A DNA stretch of 26,786 nt from Polyangiaceae bacterium (lineage in GTDB: Bacteria > Myxococcota_A > Polyangia > Polyangiales > Polyangiaceae), in NCBI GenBank assembly GCA_044222475.1, contig JBGANF010000098.1, positions 1-26,786 on the forward strand. Reading direction: 5' to 3'. Each line of letters starts with the position of its first letter. Position 1 is the first letter of the stretch. The translations under genes were made by a program, and so were the position numbers. The notes beneath the pieces are model-generated. The model was not told where the DNA came from. It made no database searches and worked only from the letters and a program-made list of their open reading frames with translations. Below, one piece after another: positions 12,264 through 20,464 of this stretch.

Positions 12264-13738
12264 GTCGTTCCCTCTCGGATGGTCGGCAGCGAGCGTTTCG
12301 CGCCCGTCGCTCCGCTCTCGTGCTCGTACCCAGCGAGCAGGACGGTGCTTCGGACGGGGCGGAAGAGCTGTCTCATGGGGGTGATCGGACCGAACGCCCA
12401 GGCGTCGACCGCGCGCCGTCTCGTCGCGACGGGGAGCGCGCAGAAGCTCCGTACGTGACGCAGGCGCACGTAGAGCCGAAATCCGAACATCCCAAAGTGG
12501 TACAACCAACGGATTCGAGTAGGGAGCGCCGCCATCTCGCCGGCGAAGAACGTGGCGACGTCGTCCACGAGCTCGGTCGCACCGGCCATCGAACCGGGGA
12601 GGACCGCCTCGGTGAGCGCGCGATCGAACGCGCTCGGCGCGGCCGCGGCCGGAGCGCGTGCCGCCGGGGCGATCACGTGAACGAGCACTCCATCGATCTC
12701 CTTCGTGCGCGGGGAGCTGCGCGCCGCGCGCACGCGGGCTGCGGTCTCGCCGAGCTGGACGCCGTACCAGAGCATCGCCCCTGTTCCCCACGCGGTGACG
12801 GGGATGAAGAAGGTGAGGTGGACGAGCGTCGCGTAGGCCAGCGCCAAGGTCGGGTCGATTCCGTTGGCGACCAGCGCCTGCGAGCAGAAGTAGTGAAAGG
12901 GGCCGATGAAGCCCGGCGTGGAGGGGACGAGGATGCCGAGGTTCGTGACGCTCATCGCCGTCACGCCGAGCGAAACCTGGAACGGCAGCCCGAGCGCGGG
13001 GAGCACGCAGACGAACATCATCGCTTCGAGCGACCAAACGAGGAGGCTCATGAGCCCGAGCACGAGCGCGTCTCTCGGATCCCTGAGGGACGCGGTCGCG
13101 TTGACGATGCTGGTCGCGAGCGCCAACGCCCGCTCGTACGCTCGACGCCCGAGGGGCCGCGCGACTCGCCCCGCGATTCGAACGACGAGCCGCGGCGCGA
13201 TGGTCGCGATGGCGAGCACCAGGATCGCAGCGCCGAAGACGAGCGCGCCGACCTTGGCCAACTCGTGGATCCAGTCGTCCGAGTGCGACGCGAGCGTGCT
13301 GATCACGAGGAGGAACAGGATCGCGACGCCGTCGAGCAAGCGCTCGATGAACGTGATCGTCAGGGTCTGCGCGAGGGGCATCCCGGTGCGCTCGGCGAGC
13401 ATCCCCGCGCGGACGAGCTCACCGAGGCGTGCCGGGAGAACGTTGTTGCTCGCGTAGCCGACGACGACGACGTTGCTCGCCGTAGCGAGCTCCATGTTCG
13501 CCTCTCGCCGGAGGAGCAAGCGCAGCCGCTGGCCGCGCACGCCGTGACCGGCCAGGTAGCAGGCGACCGCGGCGGCGACCCAGGGAAACAGCGTCGTCTT
13601 GCGGAGCACTTCGCCGATCGCGCGCACGTCGAGGTGGCGAACCGCGAGCCACGCAAATCCGACGCTGATGCAGAGCCCCGCGAGCGCCACGAGGCGGCTG
13701 GACGACGAGACCCGGCGAGCCATGAGGCGCGGGAGCAT
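12260..13738 (-). CDS. UPF0104/lysylphosphatidylglycerol-synthase TM (flippase-like) protein with an extra C-terminal soluble domain
   Basis: GYASNNVLPARLGELVRA, IERLLDG and PSTPGFIGPF are hallmark UPF0104 motifs; about 8 TM helices plus a roughly 150-aa soluble tail. Start may be ATG 13738 or ATG 13723. Confidence 0.88.
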   Translation of the reverse strand: MLPRLMARRVSSSSRLVALAGLCISVGFAWLAVRHLDVRAIGEVLRKTTLFPWVAAAVACYLAGHGVRGQRLRLLLRREANMELATASNVVVVGYASNNVLPARLGELVRAGMLAERTGMPLAQTLTITFIERLLDGVAILFLLVISTLASHSDDWIHELAKVGALVFGAAILVLAIATIAPRLVVRIAGRVARPLGRRAYERALALATSIVNATASLRDPRDALVLGLMSLLVWSLEAMMFVCVLPALGLPFQVSLGVTAMSVTNLGILVPSTPGFIGPFHYFCSQALVANGIDPTLALAYATLVHLTFFIPVTAWGTGAMLWYGVQLGETAARVRAARSSPRTKEIDGVLVHVIAPAARAPAAAAPSAFDRALTEAVLPGSMAGATELVDDVATFFAGEMAALPTRIRWLYHFGMFGFRLYVRLRHVRSFCALPVATRRRAVDAWAFGPITPMRQLFRPVRSTVLLAGYEHESGATGAKRSLPTIREGTT

Positions 13739-13756
13739 AGCCTCGAACCGGCTCGG

Positions 13757-14668
13757 TCAGGGCAAGGCTTCGGCTTTCTCTCGGTCCTCGGCGTACTTCA
13801 AGATGACGCCCATCGTCGCGTTTCGGGTCTCTCGGTCGAGCGTGTTCGCGCCCATGGTGATCATCGTTCGCGCCCAGTCGATCGTCTCGGCGATCGAGGG
13901 TGCCTTCCGCAGGTCCATCGCTCGGAGTCGTTGCGTGAAGGCGACGAGCTCCTCGGCGAGCGCGCGCGCGATGCCCGGTACCTTGGCTTCGACGATCGCG
14001 AGCTCGCGCGATGGGGTGGGGTAGTCGAGCGCGGCGTGGAGGCACCGGCGCCTCAACGCGTCCGTCATGTCGCGGGTGGCGTTGGTGGTGAGGATCACGA
14101 GCGGCGCGTGCTTGGCCGTGATCGTGCCGAGCTCGGGGATCGTGATCTGTCGCTCCGCGAGGACCTCGAGCAGGAGCGCCTCGAACTCGGGCTCGGCGCG
14201 GTCGACCTCGTCGACCAAGAGGACGACCGGTGCGTCACTCCGGAGCGCGCGGAGCAGCGGCCGCGCGACCAGGAAGCGCTCGGAGAAGAACGCGTCGTCG
14301 CTCTCGGCGAGGCGCTCCGCGGCTTCGCCGAGCGACGAGGCTCCCTCCACCTTGCGCTGCGCGCTCTCCCGCAGGAGCTGGGTGTAGAGCATCTGCTTGG
14401 CGTAGTCCCACTCGTAGAGGGCCTTCGCTTCGTCGAGCCCCTCGTAGCACTGCAGGCGAACGAGCTCGCGACCGAGGCCCACGGCTGCCGAGCGTGCAAG
14501 CTCCGTTTTCCCTACACCGGCTGGACCCTCCAAAAGCAGAGGCCGGTCGAGCTCCAACGCGAGAAAGAGCGCCAATACCGTCTCGGGATCGGTGAGGTAG
14601 CCCGCCTTCGCCAATGCCCTTTCGAGCTCTTTGGCGCGCTGCGGGAGGGTGAGGAGTCGGTCGTTCAA
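13757..14668 (-). CDS. MoxR-family AAA+ ATPase (CoxD-like)
   Basis: RPLLLEGPAGVGKTE, RLQCYEGLD..ALYEWDY.KQ, VLLVDEVDRA, FEALLLEVL, DALRRRC, KAPSIAETIDW. The TTG start at 14668 is tentative. Confidence 0.92.
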   Translation of the reverse strand: MNDRLLTLPQRAKELERALAKAGYLTDPETVLALFLALELDRPLLLEGPAGVGKTELARSAAVGLGRELVRLQCYEGLDEAKALYEWDYAKQMLYTQLLRESAQRKVEGASSLGEAAERLAESDDAFFSERFLVARPLLRALRSDAPVVLLVDEVDRAEPEFEALLLEVLAERQITIPELGTITAKHAPLVILTTNATRDMTDALRRRCLHAALDYPTPSRELAIVEAKVPGIARALAEELVAFTQRLRAMDLRKAPSIAETIDWARTMITMGANTLDRETRNATMGVILKYAEDREKAEALP

Positions 14669-14726
14669 AGGAGAGGGACCTTCGGGAAGCTTGGGTTTCT
14701 GGAATCTCCTCGCTATCTTACGAGAA

Positions 14727-15992
14727 ATGGACGGGCGTGACGATCTCCTACGTGTGGATGTGACCGGTACGGTCCATCCCGTGGGACGCGCCGCGAGCCA
14801 AGAGCTTCGGGCCCGCGCCGGCGAGTGGCGCCTCGCTCCGAGCACCGCGTCGGTCTTGTTCATGCGCAGGCCCGAGCGGCCCGGCGCCGCAATCCTCAAG
14901 CTCGCCGGCGAAGTGAAGACGCCCGGAGCGCTCTGCGACATCGTCGCGCTCATCGCGCAGTCCAACTGGAAGGGCGAGCTCGTCGTCCTGGACGAGCGGC
15001 GCGTGCGCTCGTTGTTCTTCGACGGCGGCAACGTCATCGGCGCGCACACGAACGTCCCCGAGGAGCGCCTCGGCGAGACGCTCTATCGATTCGGCGTCGT
15101 GACCCGCGATCAGCTCGACAAAGCCGTCGCGGCGTCGACGACCTCGGGGAAGCGCCTCGGCGAGACCGCAGTCGATCTCGATTTCGTGAGCCGCGAGCAG
15201 CTGTACCCGATGATGGCGCGCCAGGTCGAAGAGGTCTTCTATGCCGCGATCCACGTCGGCGACGGGATGTTCTACTTCTTCGATCGCTACGACGAGACGG
15301 CGCTCGGTCGGCGACACAACCTGAACGCCGGCATGCTGCTCATGGAGGGTGCGCGCCGCATGGACGAGCTCGCGTACTTCCGCGAGCGCATCCCGAACGA
15401 GAACTACGTCCCCGTCCCGAAGGACACGGCGAAGAAGGTGCCGGACCCGCTCGCGGCGATCTTCGCCGAGTGCGACGGCAAGCGATCGATCGCGCAGATC
15501 GGTCGACGGATCGGCCAGCTCGAGTTCGAGGTCACGAAGGCGGTCTACCAGCTCGTGAGCGGCGGCTTCCTCACCGTGACCGCGCCGCGGCCTCAGGGGC
15601 CGGAAGCGATCATCGAAGGGTTCAACCCCGCGCTCCTCGAGATCCACGCCAAGTGCGACGAAGCAGGCAAGGGCGCGGAGCTGCGCGATGGCCTCGCGCG
15701 CTTTGCCACCGGCGGCGGCGTCTACGATCCGCTGTTCCAAGGCGCGGGTCCGCTGCCCGACGGCTCGTTCCGCCCCGACCGCGTGGAGAAGAACCTCGCG
15801 GCGCTCGCGGGGGAGGACCCCGACGCGTGGCTCATGCAGCTGATGCACGACTACATTGGGTTCGCGCTGTTTCAGGCGGGGTCGTTGCTGCCACGAGATC
15901 GCGAGGCGAAGCTCACCCAGAACGTCGCGGAGATGCTCAAGCCCTTGCGTCCGACCGAGGCTCCGCCGACCTCGAAACGTCCTACGCCGTAA
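14727..15992 (+). CDS. DUF4388 (PatA-N-like) domain protein
   Basis: LAGEV..DIVALI..WKGELVV..RSLFFDGGNVIGA..ERLGETL..KRLGE..G.FYF..LLMEGARRMDE..DGKRSI.QI pattern; ATG 14727. Confidence 0.8.
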   Translation: MDGRDDLLRVDVTGTVHPVGRAASQELRARAGEWRLAPSTASVLFMRRPERPGAAILKLAGEVKTPGALCDIVALIAQSNWKGELVVLDERRVRSLFFDGGNVIGAHTNVPEERLGETLYRFGVVTRDQLDKAVAASTTSGKRLGETAVDLDFVSREQLYPMMARQVEEVFYAAIHVGDGMFYFFDRYDETALGRRHNLNAGMLLMEGARRMDELAYFRERIPNENYVPVPKDTAKKVPDPLAAIFAECDGKRSIAQIGRRIGQLEFEVTKAVYQLVSGGFLTVTAPRPQGPEAIIEGFNPALLEIHAKCDEAGKGAELRDGLARFATGGGVYDPLFQGAGPLPDGSFRPDRVEKNLAALAGEDPDAWLMQLMHDYIGFALFQAGSLLPRDREAKLTQNVAEMLKPLRPTEAPPTSKRPTP

Positions 15993-16041
15993 GATCGGGA
16001 TTTTCTGCCCCGCGGCGTCCGATTCGCGCTAGCAATCGATC

Positions 16042-16647
16042 GTGCTCACGGTCACTCGTCGGGATGAGATTGTCGCGGCCGCCACCCAGCTCTTCGCCGA
16101 GAAGGGATACGAGGGCGCGAGCATGAGCGACCTCGCCGAACGGGTGGGACTTCGCAAGGCCTCGCTCTTTCATCACTTCACGAGCAAGGAAGAGCTGCGC
16201 GAGGCTGTGCTCGAGCGCCTCATCACCGAAATCGCGGTCGAGGTCGCCGCCGCCGCCGCCGCCGACAGCGCGTTTCCCGATCGGCTCGACGGTCTCTCCG
16301 ACGCGATCGTCCAGGTGTTGGCGCACCACCAATACGCGGCGCGCGTGATCTTGCGCGAGGCGATGGAGTGGGGGCCCCACGAAAAGGGACCGACCGCGAC
16401 CGGCGTGCAGACCGTCCTTGCCGCAGGCGCCGAGTTCGTGCGCGCCGGTCAGCGCGCGGGCGCGTTTCGTCCGGGAGACGCACGACACATCGTGATGTCC
16501 CTCGTTGGGATTCACTTCATGCCGTTCGTCATCGCTGGCGTCGTCGAGGGCACCGGCGAACCGTCGCCGTTCTCCGAGGCTTACGTCACCGCACGACGCG
16601 CGGAGGTGCGCGCGCACGTGCGCGCCCTCATGGTCATCCCGAAGTGA
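16042..16647 (+). CDS. TetR/AcrR family transcriptional regulator
   Basis: RDEIVAAATQLFAEKGYEGASMSDLAERVGLRKASLFHHFTSKEEL helix-turn-helix. Confidence 0.93.
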   Translation: MLTVTRRDEIVAAATQLFAEKGYEGASMSDLAERVGLRKASLFHHFTSKEELREAVLERLITEIAVEVAAAAAADSAFPDRLDGLSDAIVQVLAHHQYAARVILREAMEWGPHEKGPTATGVQTVLAAGAEFVRAGQRAGAFRPGDARHIVMSLVGIHFMPFVIAGVVEGTGEPSPFSEAYVTARRAEVRAHVRALMVIPK

Positions 16648-17380
16648 CGCCAGCGCGCTGGCGCACGACCTCGTAGAGCGCGACGGCGCCAGCGGCCGAT
16701 ACGTTGAGCGATCCGAGCGTGCGCGTCATCGGCAGGCGCGCGAGGTCGTCGCACTCCGCCTTGACCGGTTTGCGCAACCCCTTGCCCTCGGCGCCGAGCA
16801 CGAGCGCGACCGGCCCGGTGAGGACTACCTCGGTGAGGAGCACCGGTCCGGCGGCGTCGAGTCCGACGCGCCTCACGCCGCGCGCCCCGAGCTCGGCGAG
16901 CGCGGCGCTCACGCTCTTCGTGCGACACAGACGGGCGTGCTCGACGGCACCTGCAGACGCGCGAAACGTGGAGCTCGTGAGCGGTGCGGCGTGGTGCTCC
17001 GGAAACACGACTGCGGTCGCGCCGAACGCGACCGCGCTGCGGACGATCGCGCCGAAGTTCTGCGGGTCCTCGATCTCGTCGAGGATGACGAAGAGCGCGC
17101 TGGGCGACTCTTCGACGTCGTCGAGCGAGAGGATGCGAAGCCCTGGTGCAAAGGCCACTGCGCCTTGATGTCGTGCGCCGCGCGACCAGCGATCGAGCTC
17201 GGCGCGGCGAGCGCGCGTGACGGTCGCTCCGCGCCCCTCCGCGAAGCGGACGAGCGCTGCGAGTTGGGGGACGTCGCGATCCTCGACGACGACGCGAAGC
17301 GCCGGCCCGTGGGCGGCGATCGCCTCGCGTACCGGTTGGAGTCCGCAGACGAGGCGTTCGCCGCCGTGGGTCGCGCTCAC
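16634..17380 (-). CDS. rlmB: SpoU/TrmH RNA 2'-O-methyltransferase, likely 23S rRNA Gm2251 RlmB
   Basis: HQGAVA, LDEIEDPQNFGAIVRSA, ASAGA, LVLGAEGKGLR, SLNVSAA..LYEVVRQR. Confidence 0.85.
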   Translation of the reverse strand: MSATHGGERLVCGLQPVREAIAAHGPALRVVVEDRDVPQLAALVRFAEGRGATVTRARRAELDRWSRGARHQGAVAFAPGLRILSLDDVEESPSALFVILDEIEDPQNFGAIVRSAVAFGATAVVFPEHHAAPLTSSTFRASAGAVEHARLCRTKSVSAALAELGARGVRRVGLDAAGPVLLTEVVLTGPVALVLGAEGKGLRKPVKAECDDLARLPMTRTLGSLNVSAAGAVALYEVVRQRAGVTSG

Positions 17381-18126
17381 CGCGGCACCGCGCCTTCGAG
17401 CTCGCGGGCGATGGCGCTCGCGGCTGCGGCCGGATCGGCCGCGTCGCGAATCGGTCGCCCCACGACGATCGCGTTTGCGCCGGCGCGCGCCGCGTCGGTG
17501 GGGGTCGCGACGCGCTTCTGATCGCCGCCGGCGCTTCCGGTCGGGCGAACGCCGGGCGTGATCAACCGCGCGTCGCTCCCGAGCTCGGCGCGAAGACTCG
17601 CGACCTCGGCGGGGGAGCAGATGAAGGCACGCGCGCCAGCGTCGAAGGCGAGGCGAGCGAGCGCCCTCGCGTGATCGCGCGCGCTCCGCTCGACGCCGAT
17701 CGCGCGCACGTCGGCGTCGTCGAGCGAAGTCAGCACCGTGACCGCGGCGATCGTCAGCGTGTCGCCTTCGACCTTCGCGCGCTCGACGGCGCGTCGCACC
17801 ATCGTCGGGCCTCCTTGCGCGTGGATGGTGAGCAAGCTCGCGCCGAGCGCCGACGCTCGCGCCACCGCGCGCTCGACCGTCTCTGGGATGTCGTGGAGCT
17901 TCAAGTCGAGGAAGACGGGGAGGCCCACCTCTCGACCGATGCCCACCGCCGCCGGCCCTGCTTCGACGAAGAGCTCGAGCCCGACCTTCACCATCTGGGC
18001 GTGCGGAGCCACCGCGCGCGCGAGGCGGAGCGCGGACGGGACGTCAGGCTCGTCGAGGGCGACGATGAGCCCGCAGGTGCCGTTCAGAGGCAGGAGCAGA
18101 GCGGGTCGCCCGGGGTGCAGTTGCAC
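17377..18126 (-). CDS. pyrF: Orotidine-5'-phosphate decarboxylase (start uncertain)
   Basis: LIVALD, KVGLELF, FLDLKLHDIPETV, AVTVLTS, TPGVRP, DQKRVATP, IVVGRPI. Confidence 0.97.
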   Translation of the reverse strand: MQLHPGRPALLLPLNGTCGLIVALDEPDVPSALRLARAVAPHAQMVKVGLELFVEAGPAAVGIGREVGLPVFLDLKLHDIPETVERAVARASALGASLLTIHAQGGPTMVRRAVERAKVEGDTLTIAAVTVLTSLDDADVRAIGVERSARDHARALARLAFDAGARAFICSPAEVASLRAELGSDARLITPGVRPTGSAGGDQKRVATPTDAARAGANAIVVGRPIRDAADPAAAASAIARELEGAVPR

Positions 18127-18821
18127 GCCGGCTTCGTGACGGTCGGCTTGGTGGCACCGGTGTTGCCGCCAGGGCGAGCGGTCGGCTTCGCGGTTGCTTG
18201 AGGCGGCGGCTGGTTGTTCTTCAGGGCCGCGATGCGCGCCTCGTTGTCTGCGATCTGCTGCTCGAGCGCCGCTTTTTCTTCCGGCGTGGTCGCGCTCTTG
18301 AGCTTGCGATCGAGCTCTTCCTTGTCGGAGTTGAGCGAGTTGAGCTGCGCCTCGAGCTCCTTCTGCTTGTCCATCTGACCCTTGATGACGATCCCGCCGA
18401 CGACGAGACCGATCAAGAGGACGACGCCCGACAGGGACGCGATGATGGTGAGGCGCTTCTTCGACTTGTCCTGCGTGAGCGCCGCGAGCTGACGCTCGTG
18501 CTCTTGCTGGCGCTTCATCTGCTCCATGCGCGCGGCGTTCTCGGCCTCGACGCGGGCGCGCTCGACCTCGGCTTGGCGGATGGCGTCGACCTTCGCGTGC
18601 TCTTCGCGTGCGCGCTGCTCTTCCTGGCGGCGCTTCTCCTCCGCCGCGCGCATCTGTGCTTCCTGCTCTTCTTGCTGCCGGCGAGTCGCCTCGGCGCGTG
18701 CGCGCGCGGCCTCGTCCTCGGCGCGCTTCTTCGCGTCTTCCTCTTGCTTGATGCGATCCTCTTCGAGGCTCATCAGCTCTTTGAGGGAGAAGAGAACCGA
18801 GCTTTCCTTCTGTTCCGCCAT
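18084..18821 (-). CDS. Single-pass coiled-coil membrane protein with SSVLFSLKELM N-terminus and CNCTPGDPLCSCL tail (paralog B)
   Basis: ATG 18821 preceded by GAAGGA; about 120-aa E/R/Q/A-rich coil, KKR + one TM, second coil, Pro/Thr linker, Cys-rich end. Confidence 0.85.
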   Translation of the reverse strand: MAEQKESSVLFSLKELMSLEEDRIKQEEDAKKRAEDEAARARAEATRRQQEEQEAQMRAAEEKRRQEEQRAREEHAKVDAIRQAEVERARVEAENAARMEQMKRQQEHERQLAALTQDKSKKRLTIIASLSGVVLLIGLVVGGIVIKGQMDKQKELEAQLNSLNSDKEELDRKLKSATTPEEKAALEQQIADNEARIAALKNNQPPPQATAKPTARPGGNTGATKPTVTKPACNCTPGDPLCSCL

Positions 18822-18891
18822 GGTAGTTCCTTCAGCCTGACACTCGCGAAGACCCGACGTCACCAAGAGCGGGGGGTTTCGCGACAACAAA

Positions 18892-18920
18892 AAGTTACCG
18901 GCTTCCGGGAAACTAGGCAA
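18892..18920 (-). promoter_or_regulatory. Candidate sigma70-type promoter for paralog B-pyrF-rlmB
   Basis: Minus strand TTGCCT-17 bp-TAACTT in an AT-enriched intergenic stretch about 70 nt upstream of ATG 18821. Confidence 0.5.
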
Positions 18921-18984
18921 ACCCTTCTCAAGCTTTGGGCGTGCGCGCTCATGTCGTACCTTTCACGCATCGCCACGCACGCGC

Positions 18985-19719
18985 TCAGCGAAGGCAGGGG
19001 TTGAGCGGGTCGTAGTCCTTCGTGCACGGCGTGCCGGTCGCGGTGGCGGTGGCGCGCACGGTCGGGACGTGTCGTGGCGTCGTCGCGGTGGCGGTCTGTT
19101 GCGGGGTCGCGCCGTGGCTCTGCAGCGCCTTGATCTGCTGGTCCTTCTCGTCGAGCTGCGCCTGGAGCGCAGCGCGCTGTTCGGGGGTCGGCGCGTCGTC
19201 GAACTTCTTCTGAAGCGCGTCGCGATCCGACTCGAGGCCGACGAGCTGACCTTCGAGCGCGCGTTGACGCTCGATCTGACCGTGGATGACGAACGCACCC
19301 GCGCCGAGCGCGACGACGAGCATCACGATCGTTCCGGCGACGATCCCGCGAAGGCGCTTCTTTCCTCGATCCTGCGAGAGCCGCACCAGATCGGCCTCGT
19401 GCTCTTGCTGGCGCTTCATCTGCTCGAGGCGCGCGGCGTTCTCCGCGTCGAGCCGCGCGCGCTCGATCTCCGCTTGGCGAATGGCCTCGATGCGCGCCTG
19501 CTCTTCGCGTGCACGCTGCTCGATCCGACGCCGCTCTTCTTCCTCTGCGCGCGCTCTCTCTTCCGCGGCGCGAACCTGACGAGCGTGCTCCTCGCGCTGC
19601 TTGGCGAGGATGGCCTCCTCGGCTTTGCGCTCGAGCTCCTCCTCTTGACGGACCCGGTCCTGCTCCAAGGTCATCAGCTCCTTCAGCGAAAAAAGAACCG
19701 AGCTATCCTTCTGATTCAT
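18985..19719 (-). CDS. Single-pass coiled-coil membrane protein with SSVLFSLKELM N-terminus and CTKDYDPLNPCL tail (paralog A)
   Basis: Same architecture as 18084-18821; shares RAREE.A...AIRQAE.ERAR..AENAAR.EQMKRQQEHE; GGAGG upstream of the start. Confidence 0.85.
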   Translation of the reverse strand: MNQKDSSVLFSLKELMTLEQDRVRQEEELERKAEEAILAKQREEHARQVRAAEERARAEEEERRRIEQRAREEQARIEAIRQAEIERARLDAENAARLEQMKRQQEHEADLVRLSQDRGKKRLRGIVAGTIVMLVVALGAGAFVIHGQIERQRALEGQLVGLESDRDALQKKFDDAPTPEQRAALQAQLDEKDQQIKALQSHGATPQQTATATTPRHVPTVRATATATGTPCTKDYDPLNPCLR

Positions 19720-19844
19720 CGTCGGGCGCCTCCAGCGTCAGTGGAAATTGACGTCCTAGCTGGAACACCGCTCCGAGGCTCCGCCTTGGCCGGGCTTCTC
19801 GAAAATGTCTGCCGGCTAACAATTCTTGCTAGGGTGCCGCCGCC

Positions 19845-20060
19845 ATGGCGACCAACGTTTGCGCGCACATCACCGGCACCGTCTGGAAAATCGAGGTCAA
19901 GGAGGGCGACACCGTCGCCGAGGGTCAGGTCCTCGTGATCCTCGAATCGATGAAGATGGAGATGCCCGTCGAGGCTCCGAGCGCAGGAAAGGTCGAGAAG
20001 ATCGCCTGCGCCGAGGCCCAAGCGGTCAACGAGGGCGACACCCTCGTCGTGCTGGCTTGA
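19845..20060 (+). CDS. Stand-alone biotin/lipoyl carrier protein
   Basis: 71 aa; GTVWKI.VKEGD.V..GQ.L.ILESMKME (biotinylated Lys motif), VNEGD.L. Confidence 0.92.
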   Translation: MATNVCAHITGTVWKIEVKEGDTVAEGQVLVILESMKMEMPVEAPSAGKVEKIACAEAQAVNEGDTLVVLA

Positions 20061-20091
20061 CTCGTCGGACCCGGCAGGTAGCGTTAGGACT

Positions 20092-20460
20092 GTGAGGAAA
20101 CTGCTCGTCTTCCTTCCTGTCGTCCTTGGTCTCGCCGGTTTCGTGGGCATGGGAGCATGCAGCGCTCCGGCTCTGGTTCAGGCCGGCGGCGAGTGTTTGA
20201 CCGCGACCGACTGCGCGGACGGTCTGGTGTGCGTCCCTTCGGGCGGCCGAAGGATCTGCTCGTCCGACCTCACCGGCATCGTCTCGCTCCCTCCCGAGGG
20301 TGGGGCGCCCGACGTGACGGTGCCGGACACCGGCCTGGACGCGATCATCTACGACGCACCCGTCGTCGATTCGCCTCCTCCTCCGAAGGACACCGGCACC
20401 CCCGACGTGTCACCGCCCCAGGATTCGGGCGGCGGCCAGGACTCGGGCGGCGGCGGCTAG
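20092..20460 (+). CDS. Small Cys-rich lipoprotein with Asp/Pro/Gly low-complexity tail
   Basis: Signal peptide with MGAC lipobox; GECLTATDCADGLVC..C motif; DTG/DSG repeats. Confidence 0.75.
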   Translation: MRKLLVFLPVVLGLAGFVGMGACSAPALVQAGGECLTATDCADGLVCVPSGGRRICSSDLTGIVSLPPEGGAPDVTVPDTGLDAIIYDAPVVDSPPPPKDTGTPDVSPPQDSGGGQDSGGGG

Positions 20461-20464
20461 GCGT

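Noticed and set aside
6861..13037. ORF-track lengths 906, 654 and 744 aa suggesting large fusions
   Set aside because: The N-terminal extensions are off-frame shadows of upstream genes; true starts are at the 4-nt overlaps 8720, 9757 and 12263.
12260..13738. Full MprF lysyl-PG synthase
   Set aside because: No aminoacyl-transferase domain; the tail is too short and unlike it.
16634..16647. 14-nt convergent overlap between the TetR gene and rlmB
   Set aside because: Common in compact GC-rich genomes; no further signal.
18912..18950. GGCAAACCC resembling a c-di-GMP-I riboswitch start
   Set aside because: Lacks the GAAA tetraloop and GACGCAAA elements, and is on the strand opposite the flanking genes.
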